The notes below the pieces were generated by a model. The model saw only the letters and a program-made list of their open reading frames with translations. It was not told where the DNA came from and did not search any database. The position numbers and the translations under genes are program-made. A stretch of 64,000 bases of DNA from Felis catus (taxonomy: Eukaryota), in contig NC_058368.1 in the NCBI RefSeq assembly GCF_018350175.1, forward strand, positions 178,810,001 to 178,874,000, given 5' to 3'. Positions within the stretch are counted from its first letter, which is position 1. Each line of letters starts with the position of its first letter. Below, one piece after another: positions 13,871 to 28,385 of this stretch.

Positions 13871-13949
13871 CTGGAAGGAGAAAACTCACAGCTTGTAACA
13901 ACATAGATATGTGTATCAAAAGCACATTCAACTCAGAGAGGCCACTCTT

Positions 13950-14200
13950 TTTTTTTAATTTTATTTTTTATTCTTTAAAATTTACATCCAAATTAGTTAA
14001 CATATAGTGCAACAATGATTTCAGGAGTAGATTCCTTAGTGCCCCTTACCCATTTAGCCCATCCCCCCTCCCACAACCCCTCTAGTAACCCTCAGTTTGT
14101 TCTCCATATTTATGAGTCTCTTCTGTTTTGTCCCCCTCCCTGTTTTTATATTATTTTTGTTTCCCTTCCCTTATGTTCATCTGTTTTGTCTCTTAAAGTC
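13950..14200 (-). mobile_element. 5'-truncated young L1 (3' UTR and A tail)
   Basis: Perfect 16-bp TSD cagagaggccactctt at 13934-13949 and 14201-14216; carnivore L1 3' UTR-like sequence. Confidence 0.9.
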
Positions 14201-14597
14201 CAGAGAGGCCACTCTTGAGAGACGATCATTATACCAGAACCAAGATGCCCACTGCACATATTTGCATATCTGTGGATATGTCTATAATCATAATAGCAAT
14301 GGCTGTATTCACCCGATACCAGGTTCCACGTTAATCACTCTACCTGCACCAGCTCATTTACTCACATCATCCTCTTAACACCCCACAAGTTTCGTATGTC
14401 TGTTTTGCAGATAAAGAAATGTTTTTCGTATCTCATAGTGCAGCTAGTAAGTATGAAGCTGAATCCAGCCAGCTGTCCAGAGCCCCCACCTCGCCATGCT
14501 GCTCTCTCCTTCGGGCACACAAGGCATGTGTTTGTGGGGGTCTATGGATGCATAAATATCTCCAGATATATGTATCTTCCCTTGTATGTACCCTTGA

Positions 14598-14782
14598 CGT
14601 ATTTCATCAATTCTAATAGGTGTGCATTCTTCATATTTTAACATCTCTGAAAACAGTTTACATCTTACTTTACACCTGATAGCATCTTAGAATTGCTATT
14701 AGTCAGATAGAAATCATGACAAGGCACATACAAAAAAAGACTGCATCTCAGACTGATGGCATCTTAAATTTGATACAATATG
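14598..14782. mobile_element. Tc2/Kanga (MER104-like) DNA transposon remnant
   Basis: Imperfect inverted ends cgtatttcatcaattctaa / ttaaatttgatacaata; internal gcatctta repeats. Confidence 0.55.
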
Positions 14783-14834
14783 GGAGATAAGTGTGCATGG
14801 ACACAAGCCTGTGCAACATGGACTTGGAGAATGG

Positions 14835-15170
14835 GCATGCATGTACATCAACATGTGCATGAATGTGTACTGTGTGTATGTGCATGTGTGTGTACAAATG
14901 TGTACTAGGTATGTGTGTGCATGTGTGCACATGAATGTTCACTGTGCGTATGCATGAATGTGTACTGTATGTGCATGCGTGTGTGCATAAATGTGTACCG
15001 GGTGTGAATGTGCATGTATACGCATGAATGTGTACTCTGTGTGTGCACAAATGTGTACTGGATGCATGTGTGCATGTGTGCCCCCATGTTTGCAAATATC
15101 TATGTGGGTGTATGTGTAGGGTAGATATAAGTGCTTCTTGCTGTGACTACATATGTGTGTTTGCATCATA
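14835..15170. repeat. Compound (TG)/(TGCA) low-complexity tandem repeat
   Basis: Recurring gtgcatgaatgtgtactgtgt-like unit. Confidence 0.9.
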
Positions 15171-15832
15171 TCTTACACACAGTACAAACAGCTAACAGCC
15201 CAGCTGCTTTTAACAAGAATACTGCATTCAATACCCATCCCCCCCACAAAGAAACAATAAATCATCTCTCCATGTTTGGACTCTCATTTTATAGTTCCCT
15301 GGACAGAGCTGGACTGGCCTGTCAAAATAGGCTACCATGGGGCACTGGTGTCCTGGCTCTGAGGTGGCCAGGAAATATGTAGGAGGTGTACAAGTGGGGG
15401 GAGCAGCGCAAACGTTCTGCATTTTCTCTGCAGAGGCCACTTCCCCGCCAAGCCCTGGCATCTGCAGCACAAGTAGGCTAGGCTGGCTCCCCCACTCTCC
15501 ACTTACCCGCCCCCCCACCACCAATCACAAGCACCGAGGAGCTAATGGGGAATGGCCAGATGGGGAGCATTTTAATGTGATTTATCTGTTAATCAGAAAG
15601 CACAAATTTGCGTTTTTATTTAATTGGCTTAGTGATTTGTAGCGATTTTACTGCAAATGTAGCACAGTGTTTATTGGGTGTACAACGGCAGCAGCAGCCC
15701 CAGTGCCAAGCAGGTACTTACTACTCCATCCGGGAAACTGTCACTAATGAGTTTTCCCAGAATGCCTTCTTCTGGAAATATTCCCAACTGGAAGGAAGGC
15801 TTTCAGCACAGCCTTACTCAGCTCAGGCCCTA

Positions 15833-16018
<186 letters not shown>

Positions 16019-18639
16019 CTATAGGAAGGTCATGGACACAAAGGTTAGGAGGTACATCCAAGCTTGCAGAACCCTTGCTGAGGAAGGGACTCAAGGCAGC
16101 TTGACTCCTGGGACTGTACTGCAAGCCTCACTCCAGCCCAGGCCCGGCCCCATGCACGACAAGCCAGGTACTTACCAGTGAGCATGACCCTTCCTCTGCC
16201 CCACTCTAGTTTCGTGGCAAATAATGGAGCAGCCAGAGACTAGGCTAAATGCTTTATCTGCATGCTTCTTGGGTCTTCACAAACACTCTGGGAGGTGTCT
16301 AGTAACAGCTGCATTTCCCAGGTGAGAAATGGAGGTTCAGACAGGCAGAGACATTGTCCTAGGTCACATACCTAACCAAAAGCTAGGCTAGAATGCACAC
16401 CTGGGTGTGACCTGAGAATTGTCTACTATAGACCTATTGTTGTACAGTAGATCTCTAAAACTTTCTCATCTTGTGTAACTGAAACTTTATACTTGTCACT
16501 GGGGTTATTTGGAGTACATGAGTGGGGAGGGGGGCTGCACAGAGGTAGCGGTGGAGCTGAGTATAACGAGAGTGATTAGAACTTTTTGTAAATAGGCATT
16601 TTCCATTTGAAAAAAAAAATCCTGGAAAAGCAAACCCTTTTCCTCTGCTCTGTCTTAGGCTGAATCCGATAGATCATCCTTCCATCTTAGACTGAAGGGG
16701 GTCGGGAGCCTCTGCAGAGGCGGGAGATGCAGAGTGGGCTGGAGATCTGGCAATCTCAAGGGACACCCATCACATTTCATATTCAGTTTAAAATGGGAAA
16801 TGCATCTAAATGGAGAAGCTAGGGGAGGTGGGGAAGGAGAGAGGGGAGGTTGCCAAAATGTAGTGTGTGCTGTGTAGCAAAAATGCTCTCTCTGCATCCA
16901 AGCATAAAAATAAATAAAAGCAAGTGCTGAGTGGAGGAGCCACGGCTGTAAACCCGTGGACAACTTAGTGAGCAGCATAAAAATGCTTTATGTGCCAGGA
17001 GGAACCAAGTCTACAGGCCAGGCTGGGCTGGGGCTTTCTGTTCAGCCTGAACAAGAAGATGGTGGTAAAGTCCCTGGGCTGGGTCAGGGGACTTTTTGGC
17101 TCATGTGGAGATCTTTGCAAACTCTGTACCATAATCTGCCAGAAATGCCCTCACCAATGTGTTAAGAGACCACTAATGGGCCAGGGAGGGAGTCAGATAT
17201 CTAGGATTTCCTTCTGAGTCTGCGTGTATGGCCACCAGGACCTCTGACAGTCACTGATCCCTCTGAATCTCATACATTGATTATTGAGTACCGGCTGGCT
17301 TCTAGGCATGGTATGGTATACAGTGATGGAATAGGCATAAATATGGGCAAGACAGTCTCTCCTGTCATGAAATGTACGTGGGTAAAGCATACACATAAAT
17401 AGATGCAAGAATTGGGTTTTGAGGGATGTAGAGGAGTCCACAAAATATTGACAGATGGACTTGCAAAGTAGAAGGCTATTGTGTGTGTCTGGAGCAATAA
17501 ATCTACATGAGGGAAGGTACGGGGAGAGGAGGTTAAAGGGATGCTCAAGAGTTTGGGCTTCATTCTGGAAGTTTCCACAGCAGTGGCTACTGAAGTGAGC
17601 TGTACCCATCTGCTCTCTCCTCTCTGCTCCCAAAGTACCTGGGCACTACTTTTCTCTCCCTCATTCTCCATTATTGCACAACACCGAAGGGTAATATGCA
17701 AAGAAGATCATGATTGGTTTGTCTGTTTTGCCAACTAGATGATAAGGTCCTTGAGATGAGGGATGGCATCTTTTTCCTCTCTGTTCAGCATAGGGTGAGT
17801 TGAACTGGATACATGGCAGAAGACAAAGCTCAACATGTCCTGTTGGGGCTTTCACACCGTGATGCACTGAATCAGCTGTAAACAAATAGTAAGCTCTGAC
17901 TTGATGTCAGCAGGGCAGGAGGTTTCAGCAATGGCAGACTCACTGCCCTCAAGAGGCTTATAATTGTAAATTATAAAAACAGTGGTCTCCAACTGCTCAA
18001 CTCCTGGGAATTTATAAGCCCTTCCACAGACATTACCTCATTCTGTCTTTCCAGGGAAGGTGGGGAGATCAGGCTAAGGCAGATACAATGAACTGCAGTG
18101 ACAGAACAGATCAAAATTAAGTCCACTAAATTATGTCCAGATGAATAGTAAGAGGTCTTGTAATTCAGAGGAGAGGCAAAGCTGTCGGTAAGCTGGAGGA
18201 CTCAAAAAAGGTTTGATGGAGGAAGTGGCCAATCAACTGGGGCCTTGAAGGCAGAGTAGGGTAATGATGACAGTTAAAATTTAAGAAAATATGACTATGT
18301 ACCAGGTCCTACGTTAGGTGTTCTACCTGCATTCTCTTACATAATTTTCACAGTACAACTAGGAAGTAGGTACTATTAGTATCATTATTTTGGATGGGAA
18401 TTGGAGTGTCTAAGAGGTCAAGGGAACTGTAGGTGACAGAGGAGCAACGTTTGAAACCAGGCTGACTCCAGAGCCTAAGCACTTAGCCACATGCCACATC
18501 TCCTACAGGATGAATGGTTGCATTTGGGTTGGTGCTTCTTGAAGGTCCACTGGGGACTGGAGGATGAGTATCAGTTGGTCTGGTTAATCTTCTCCCAACC
18601 AAACATTTTGTCCTTGTTGTTTAAAGATCAATGGCATCA

Positions 18640-19590
<951 letters not shown>

Positions 19591-20079
19591 CTACTTATGA
19601 GGAGCAGGAGGAAGCTCTGCACACACATCTGTCAGCTGGCCTGTCACCCTGGGTGTGAATGGTCAGTCAGGGAGAGGCTGGTCTGTGGTTTCCATTGGGA
19701 AGTGTCTCCTGATTTTTGCCAATTGTGCCTTTTGGACTGTCTATTGGCTCATGTGTGTGGTTTGTAGGGATTTTCCTGGAACCCCTATAAGACATGAGCC
19801 CAGCTTTTCAAAAAGCCAAAGGAAATCCTTCAGAACACTGTCCAGCTACAACACTGTTTTCAAGAGAAAGAAAACAGCTCACTGGGCATGCTAATGATTT
19901 ATAGGTGATGTTTGAATGTTATATAAAACTGTAAAACATGTCTCAGGGGGGTTATTGTTGTTGCTAAATGTGAAAGTCACTTGAAACCTTATGTGACCAG
20001 GAAAAGTAGTGCAGAACAGTAACTGGCCAAGTCAAGAGTTTGGGGACATAGCAAAACAAAATTTATTGGGCTAATTATT

Positions 20080-20190
20080 TTCCTTTTCCTTTTCTGTTTC
20101 CTTTTCCTTTTCCTTTCCTTTTCTTTCTTCCCTTCCCTTCCCTTCCTTTCCCTTCCCTTCCCTTCCTCTTTCTCTCTTTCTTCCTCCTGC
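20080..20190. repeat. (TTTTCC)/(TTCCC)n pyrimidine tract
   Basis: Directly visible. Confidence 0.9.
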
Positions 20191-20230
20191 TCCTTAACTC
20201 TTTAACTTGCTGTGAAGTCCTTCACCTTTA

Positions 20231-20353
<123 letters not shown>

Positions 20354-21883
20354 CTAGGTTACCAGGGTCAGTGATAAGGAGGCCAGACACAGGGCCAAGT
20401 AGGAGTCAGACAGAACAACTAGGCACCTCTTGGGATCACAGAGGAATCCTCCATTGCTGATAACCAGCTCCACCCTGCATGGGTGACAACAGCAGCTGTT
20501 ACTGTTTATGGGACACCTAGTGTGTGATAGGTACCAGGCTAGGTATTTTGAATGCCTTAGATCATTTAATCCACATGGCAACCTTGTGAGATGGGTTCAT
20601 TGAGAAAAGTATGGTTTGGAGAAGTGTGAAGTATCATCCCAACTGGTATTCAACTTGATACTAAAGAATCTGGCCAATGCAATGCGACAAATAAGAAAGG
20701 TGAAATGAATAACTCATCACAAGTCTTGTGCTAATAATTGGAAGAGCTGGAACATGATCCCAGGCTAATTGTCTCCACAGCTCGTGCTCTGAACATTGTA
20801 CCATTCCAGGAGAATGAACAAGCCACAGCACTATAAAGGACAGCTCTTCAGTGGGCTCTTGGTATAAAAGAAGTGCATTTTCTGGTAAGAGAAGGAAGTG
20901 GACCAGGGTCTCAAGATTAGATATTCATATGGAGACCTTGAGCAGTCAGTAAGGAGAATATACTATTCAACCAAAACCACATTCCTACCTTCTCTCCCTT
21001 TACAATGTGAGGTTCCAGTTCTGAACCCTGGGATGACTGCATTGTAAAAATACAGTTGTGAGCTATGTTGGGAAGAGAGATCTGTGGTACTATGAGAACA
21101 GGACTCATCTAGGTAGGGAGAGAAGGGATTTCTAGAGAAGTTCCTATGGCATGGCAGTTGAGCAAGGATCTAAAAGTGAGGGGATGAATGAGGGATGAAG
21201 ATCCCAGGTAGAAAGATTTGCCTATTCATTCATCTAACAAATGGGTACTTCAGATATTATATCAGTTCATCCTCCCAGTCAACCTTTTATAGACAAGAAA
21301 ACTGAGATTTATGTTAAAGTACACAGAGCAAGAAATAGGTAGAACCAGGTTTAACCATCAGCAATTTCTGCCTCTATAGTCATGGACATTCCACTCCCCT
21401 CCCTTTTTACCTTTTCTCTCATCAGTCAGTTATCAGTGAAATTATATGTGGCTTGCATGCTGGGAGTGTTGAGCTTGTGGTCTACCTTTAGAAGCCCCTA
21501 TGTGCATGGCTGAATCCTACTTTATCTCCTCCTGCCCATCCTTCATCCTTTAGATCCTTAGATGGCTGGGTCCAAAAACCTTAGAGCATTCAGAAGACAG
21601 ATTTACTCCTTTACTGGCCAAGGCACCCTCTCTTCTCCTTTGTCAGCTCAAGGGTTTGGTGATCTACTTCAGAGCCCAAAGGAAAACACCCTAACGGGCC
21701 CGACCAGGGATTCAAACCCAGGTACCTACATAGGCCAGATGCACAGCTTGAGTGATGTAGGCAGGGTGAAGTCTGCCTACAAGGGGGAATGGGGACAATG
21801 TCATGACTAGAGTACCCCAGATTTGTCAGGACAGGAGGAGGGCCCAGTGTTGCCATACCTTCTGAGTTTTTAGAAGAGGGAAA

Positions 21884-22096
21884 TTTTTATTTTATTTATT
21901 TTATTATATTTTACTTTTTAAGCTTATTTATTTTGAGGGGGGGGTATAGAGAGAGGGGTACAGAGAGAATCTTAAGCAGGCTCTGTGCTGCCAGTCCAAG
22001 GCTCAATGTGGAGCTTGAACTCATGAACCATGAGATCTTGACCTGAGCTGAGATCAAGAATTGGACACTCAACTAACTGAGCCACCCAGGCACCCT
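21884..22096 (-). mobile_element. Can-SINE, inside a MER103-like remnant
   Basis: Reverse-strand head ctgagccacccaggcaccct and T-rich tail. Confidence 0.9.
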
Positions 22097-23710
22097 GGGG
22101 AATTTTTATTTTTTTGTAAAATCTCTAGATTTCCAAATTTTGGCAACCAATTAAAAAATGTTTTTAAATACTGTGCCTGCCAAACAGAACAGGTTTTCAG
22201 ACTATATCCTGTTACATTGTTTGGTTTAGGCAAATGCGGTTTTCCTAGATTACAACAGAACTCAAATCTCCAGAGCTTATGGAGATCTGGGGCTCACCAT
22301 CTGTGTTGCTAAAATGGGAAGGAGAGAAAAGAGGTTGGAAGGATGGATCCATGTGCTAGACACTTTACCTATAGCATCTCATTTAATCCTCAAAACAGAA
22401 GGTAGAATGGAAACATTCTATAAAGGGAAACCTCAACCCAGAGAGACTGAGGGATCTTATACAGACTCGCCAAGAAGACAAGGTGAAAACCCCAGGCCCT
22501 TTGGACTCCAAAGCTTTGCACTACTATAATAAGTCATGTCTGGTGATGTTATAAATACTATCTCAGCTTAGGACAGCCTATGGAATTATCTCTTATCCAA
22601 ATGATAGTTCCTATTCCTGGAATAATGCTAAACTAAGTACCTAAAAATATCTGCAATAATAGCAGAGTAGGTTCAGGCTTGGAGTCTCTGGCATTTGACA
22701 GAATGGGTCAAAAGACTTGAAAACGCTTGTTAACCTTCTGGCCAATTTCTCTTTGTGGCTCTTGTCTCATAAGGATATGAGCAAGCTATAACTTGGACAC
22801 ATAAGATATATGTCCAAGAATTTTGTCGTTGTGCTATTTATGATAGGAAAAAGTTGGAAACAACCTAAATGTTCAACAATATAGGATTGGCTATATAAAT
22901 TATGGTATATTATGGAAAGAAAATTTTATAGTTTCATTAAAAATGATGTTGAAATTCATCTGTTGACATGGAATTCTTGTCAAGCAAAGAATAAATTATG
23001 AGCAATATGATCTCATTTTTGTAAAAAATATGCAGGCATAGAATTCCATCTCTATATAAATATAAAAGGGTCTGAGAATATGTATGGATTATGAGAGTTT
23101 ATTTCACTTTTTTTTGGTCTATACTTTATGAGTTGCTTGTTGCTGTTGTTTTGATAGTAAGTATGCATTATTTTTGTAAAGAGTAAAAATAGCAATACAA
23201 AAAATTTGGAGAAAAGAATATGAGATTCTGAGAAAAAAATGTCCTCCCCCCAAAAAAAACCCTTCATGATATATTCAAATAAATGTCTTTTAAATGCCTA
23301 CAAGAAAATAGGTTATCATGCATCTTGGTATTTTTTTTCCTGTGCAATTGGGCTGGCCAATGGTCTAACTACATGCTTCATAAACCCTAGAATTGGGCCC
23401 CATATGCTAACCCTTCAACAAATGCAGATATAATTCACCAGCTCGATCCATAAGATGGGTTAAGGAAACTATGGTCTGTGGATACAACAAAACAGCATGG
23501 CAGGTTGTAGAACTCCAAGTGGCGTGGGGGGCTGCTTAGGAGAATGAAAAGAGTTGAATCTGGAGAGATTGATAGGAATCAGAATACACAGGGACCTAGC
23601 ATCAAGAAGGTAAGTTTAAATTCCATCCTGAAGGCAGCAGGGAGCCATTGATGGATACTGAGCAGGAGAATGATACAGCAGATCTGAATTTTAGAAAACA
23701 AAAATCTTAC

Positions 23711-23751
23711 CTTATGTACATCTCTTCCCGATTGTTATCTTTGTAGAAATT
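23711..23751 (-). CDS. DOCK2: DOCK2 coding exon (~exon 36), NFYKDNNREEMYI(R); start of DHR-2
   Basis: 41 nt; acceptor tttttcctccactacctAG, donor GTAAGA; phase 0 to 2. Confidence 0.96.
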
Positions 23752-25558
23752 CTAGGTAGTGGAGGAAAAACAGTGATGAGTGTTTTTCTTTGCAGAGTGG
23801 CAGGAGTAGAGGGAGTAGTGATGGAGACGTAGGGAAGACTGCTCTTTACTATCTGGGCTCTCTGAGATGGGAGCCTGGAACTTACTTTCTTGAATGCATC
23901 AAACACCCTTTCTAGGAGATTCTACCTTGAAAGCCACTCCCCTGATCCTTAGGCTATAAAGGGACAGAGGGGGTACCTCAGCCATCACATGTCAGGGTGC
24001 AGATGGGTTATCTGCTGCACTGAGAGGTGCGTTGTCAGGATTGCAGCAGCCCAGCTTGATTTTACAAGCTCAGACCCATTACTCAGAAGGAGCTGGTTGT
24101 TCTCAAAATAATAGCAGTAATCAGAGTTCTAGGAATAGTAACAGATTTCAGGGATAATAACGGATCACAACTCCTGATAGTACAGTGGTACGAGGAGTTA
24201 CGATGAGACTCCACAGGCAAAGACATTTAAACTTGGCAATACCTGGGAAGCTCGACTCAAGCTCAGGGATCATTTAGACCAGTAGTGGTCCTGGGCTCTA
24301 CCACCGGATATCCTAATCTCGTGCATTTGTAAATGAGCCCTTAAAAATTTTGAGCCAGGAGGTCATGATCTGACCCAGGAGCTATACTTTGAGAAAACCC
24401 TGGTTTAACTCAATGTACCCATGTGTACCTGAGGCTCAGAGGGAGGAAGGTGATGTTCCAGGTGTTCCAGGGTACACAGTGGTTGGCAGAGACACCCGAG
24501 ACCTCAGCTCCTCTGACACCCTCCCCCCATCCTCCTTCTCGATGCCATGTTTACGCCACACCAAAAGCTAGCAGGGTCTAATTGCTTGTGGATCTACCTG
24601 TCCCAAGGTCAGAGTCTGACCGTTGAAGGTCATTTTCTTCAACTCACTTCTGCCTCTCCATAGAGACAAATTGCTAAACTCCTGGAAAACCCCTCTTCCT
24701 GCTCTTTATGTAAATTGGGCCTGGTGGAATTATTAGCAATGAATTCCTTTCTGCTGTAATCAGGATATTTTAACTCCCCTTAGCATTTCAGAAAATCAAT
24801 GGCAATATCTGGGCTATTAAAAAGAGACTCCATTTAGGTTAACAGAGGCCACACAAAAGAACTATGGGACAGGATTTATATTTTTGGAGCATTGAGCATG
24901 GCGGGGGGGGGTTGATATGATGGATGCTACATGGTCTTTTGGCCAGCTTCATTCATTTAAACCACTTTAGGGTGGGCTGATGTGGTGGTGTGGGGCGTTG
25001 CGGCTGGTTCTACCTCTCATGACTGTACCACAGGACATGTGAACAGAGACTGTTCAGGAGACGGCTCTTGGCGGGTCATGCAGTATAGGGGTTAAGAGCC
25101 TGCACTTGAGATTAGCTGTTCTGGCCCATACTAATTTGCTGTAAATTCTGGTTATTAGATTATTCTGTAAGAGAAGGAAACTAACATGTAGGAAGCATTT
25201 AACCATGGCCCCAGGATGAATAACCTAAGAAATAGGTACTACTACTTTCTCTATGGAATGGATAAACTAAGCCTTCAAAAAACTTCCTTGACTTGTCTAT
25301 TCTATTAGTTATCAGAGATAGGAGAACCTATGGGCTATGAAACTCCAAAGCTCATACTCTTAACCCCTTTTTACTGCCACTTTCCTTCCATGTGATGTGT
25401 TAAGTACTAAAGAAAACACTCATTCCCATTTCATATATGAGGGAACTGAGACATGGAATGGTGCAGTTACTGGTCTCAAGACACAGAGCTAGCAGATGGC
25501 AGAGCAGGGATTCAATTCCACTTCTGTCTGCTTTCTGAAGCCCTTAGCCTTAGCACTA

Positions 25559-25834
<276 letters not shown>

Positions 25835-26019
25835 TCATGGCCAGAGGAGAAAGAGTGTGTTGAGGGGTGGGGGGGGGGGGCGTCGCGAATGAACCAGTGA
25901 GTCTAAGTTCCCCTGGTTCATGTGTTGGCTCATTTTGCTCATTTATTCAATCATGTATTCATTTATATACTTAATTGTCTATACAGTTTAGCAAGCATTT
26001 AATTTTTTTTTTTTGCCCA

Positions 26020-26900
26020 CCATCAGAATGGGAAAAAAATGTCCAATGTGGGCAGCTGTCCAAAAAAATAGTGACTTCTACATACGGGGAAATAGTCACT
26101 TCTACACATCCACATTGGGAGTGAATCAGTACCACCCTTTGTGTGGCAATTTCCACAATATCTATCAAAATTGTAAACTTACATACCCTCTGGCCCAACA
26201 ATTCTACTTCAGTGAACCTATTCTACAGAAATATTCCCAGAAGCATGCAAGGATTTATGATACTTACAAATTGTGTCTATAGTGAAATAGTTGAAACTAT
26301 CTTAAATGTCCATCAGTAGGCAAATGGTTAATAAATTAAAGCATATTTACAAAATGTACTTCTATGAAGATACTATAAAGTATGAGAAATCAACATGCTT
26401 TGACACAAAAAGCTCTATAAAATGTACAGATCAGTGAGAAAAGTAAGTTTCAGAACAATATTTGTTTTTTATTTAACCAACTCACATAGAACCTACCATG
26501 TCCCAGGCATTATTCCAAATGTCTCACAAATGTTAACTCACCTAATCTCCCATCATAGTCTTATGAGAAAGGATGTTTGCAGATAGGGAAACTAAGGCAC
26601 AGAGAGGCCAACTAACTTGTACAAGGTCACACAAGTTGTTAAATATCAATATTCTGGCTCTGGCATTTGTGAGTGGAAGTGCATGTCTGCATCATGTGTT
26701 TCTGTGTGCTTATAAATGTGCCAAATATGGCCCAGGAGGATAAACACCAAACTCTTAATGGTGGTTTCTTCTGACAAGCAGTCTAGGTGGGGGAATAGAG
26801 AAGAGAGTATTCATTTTTTAAATTTAAATGTGCATATATTATTTGAAAATTCTACATTTTGTTATAATATTAATATTCTAAGTTTTAAAAGCAAAAATTA
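26020..26900 (+). mobile_element. Old L1 (L1ME-like) 3' fragment with an embedded MIR
   Basis: aaatgtccatcagtaggcaaatggttaataaatt and related L1 3' motifs. Confidence 0.6.
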
Positions 26901-27195
26901 AAAAAAATGTGACATTACTTAAGCATCTATTAGTTGCTAGGCAATATGATAGGCATTGTGTGGGGTGGGGATGGAGAGAAAGATAAAATAAAAAAAGAAA
27001 TATAAAAAAAAATGCCTACTTTCAGGAGGCCCACAGGCTAGGCAAGGAGAGACAGGTGGATTAAAATTTTGATTAATGACAACTTTTTATTAATCACTTA
27101 TTTTGTACCAGACACTGTACTAATCATTTTTTCTTTTTCTTTTTTTTTCTAATTTTTTTATTCTAATCACTTTTTCTTAAGAAATCATAATAATA

Positions 27196-27416
27196 GGGGT
27201 GCCTGGGTGGCTTAGTCAGTTAAACGTCCAACTTTGACTCAGGTCATGATCTCATGGATCATGAGTTCGAGCCCCGTGCTGGGCTCTGTGCTAACAGCTC
27301 AGAGCCTCGAGCCTGCTTCAGATTCTGTGTCTCCCTCTCTCTCTCTCTGCCACTCCCCCACTCACACTCTGTCTCTCTAACTCTCAAAAATAAATAAACA
27401 TAAAAAAAATTAAAAA
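27196..27416 (+). mobile_element. Can-SINE (felid type)
   Basis: Full head, CT tract and tail; partial TSD aagaaatca. Confidence 0.95.
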
Positions 27417-28032
27417 AAGAAATCACCACGATAATTCTGACTGGTAAAAATTATTCCTCTCATTTTATAGAGGAGGGAATCAAGGCTCAGAAAGGTTAAA
27501 CGACCTCCTGAAATCACTCTCCTAGTAAGTGGTGACCTTGGGAATCAAGCCAAACACTTCACTATTTTCCCACAGAGAAACATTGTGGTGTGTTCTCTGG
27601 CATCTTGAGTAGACAAGCATTACCCAGGCTACTATTTGTTTCTGGCTAATATCCCTGTGGCAGCTTAGGTCCCAAGAGCTCCAAGTAGGGAAAGGTGAGA
27701 AAGGCAAGGACTTCAGAGGGTCATTTCTTCCCAGAAGCCAAACCAGGCTGCAAGGAGGCGACACCTCAAACTGTGGTGTGATCAGACAAATCCATCTTCT
27801 CCGTGGGAGAAGCACCTGTTCCCTGGCTCTCAGTGAGAGACGCAAATTGCCCTGTGATTTAGGCCTGTCTGGCTCAGTCACAGCTGTGCCTGACTCCTTC
27901 TGGGACCGTCACTTCCAGCCCCGTTTCCCAAGCTAATAACAATGCGACAACCCAGTGTTTGGGTGTGATTCCTCACAGCCTCTCAGGCAGCTCAGACCCA
28001 GAAGGTATCTCACGGCCTGAGCGCAGCCCAGA

Positions 28033-28385
28033 CCAGTGGTTCTCAGTCCCTGCGACATGTTAGAATCTCCAGGGGAACGTTTTCTAAAGCTCAGTGACCA
28101 CCCTAAAATCAATGGCTTTGTATCTTTGGGAGTGGGAGCCAAGTAGCAGTATTTTATCTTTAGAATTCTCTAGGTAATTCCAATATGCAGCCAACATTAA
28201 GAACAACTAGTTTAGTCCAGTGCTTTGCAAAGTTCAACGTGCATGGGAATCGCCTGGGGATTAACAGATTCCGATTAATAGATTCTGTTAATAGATTCTG
28301 GTTCAATAGATCTGGGCTAGGGCCTGAGATTCTGCATTTCTAAAAGCTCTCGGATAGTGCTAGTGCTATTGGTCCTTTGCAAAGC
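28033..28385. mobile_element. Two adjacent MER5-family MITEs
   Basis: cagtggttctcag...ttagaatctccaggg and ctagggcctgagattctgcatttcta motifs. Confidence 0.7.

Noticed and set aside
14714..15169. His/Thr/Cys-rich ORFs
   Set aside because: Translation artefact of the TG/CA repeat
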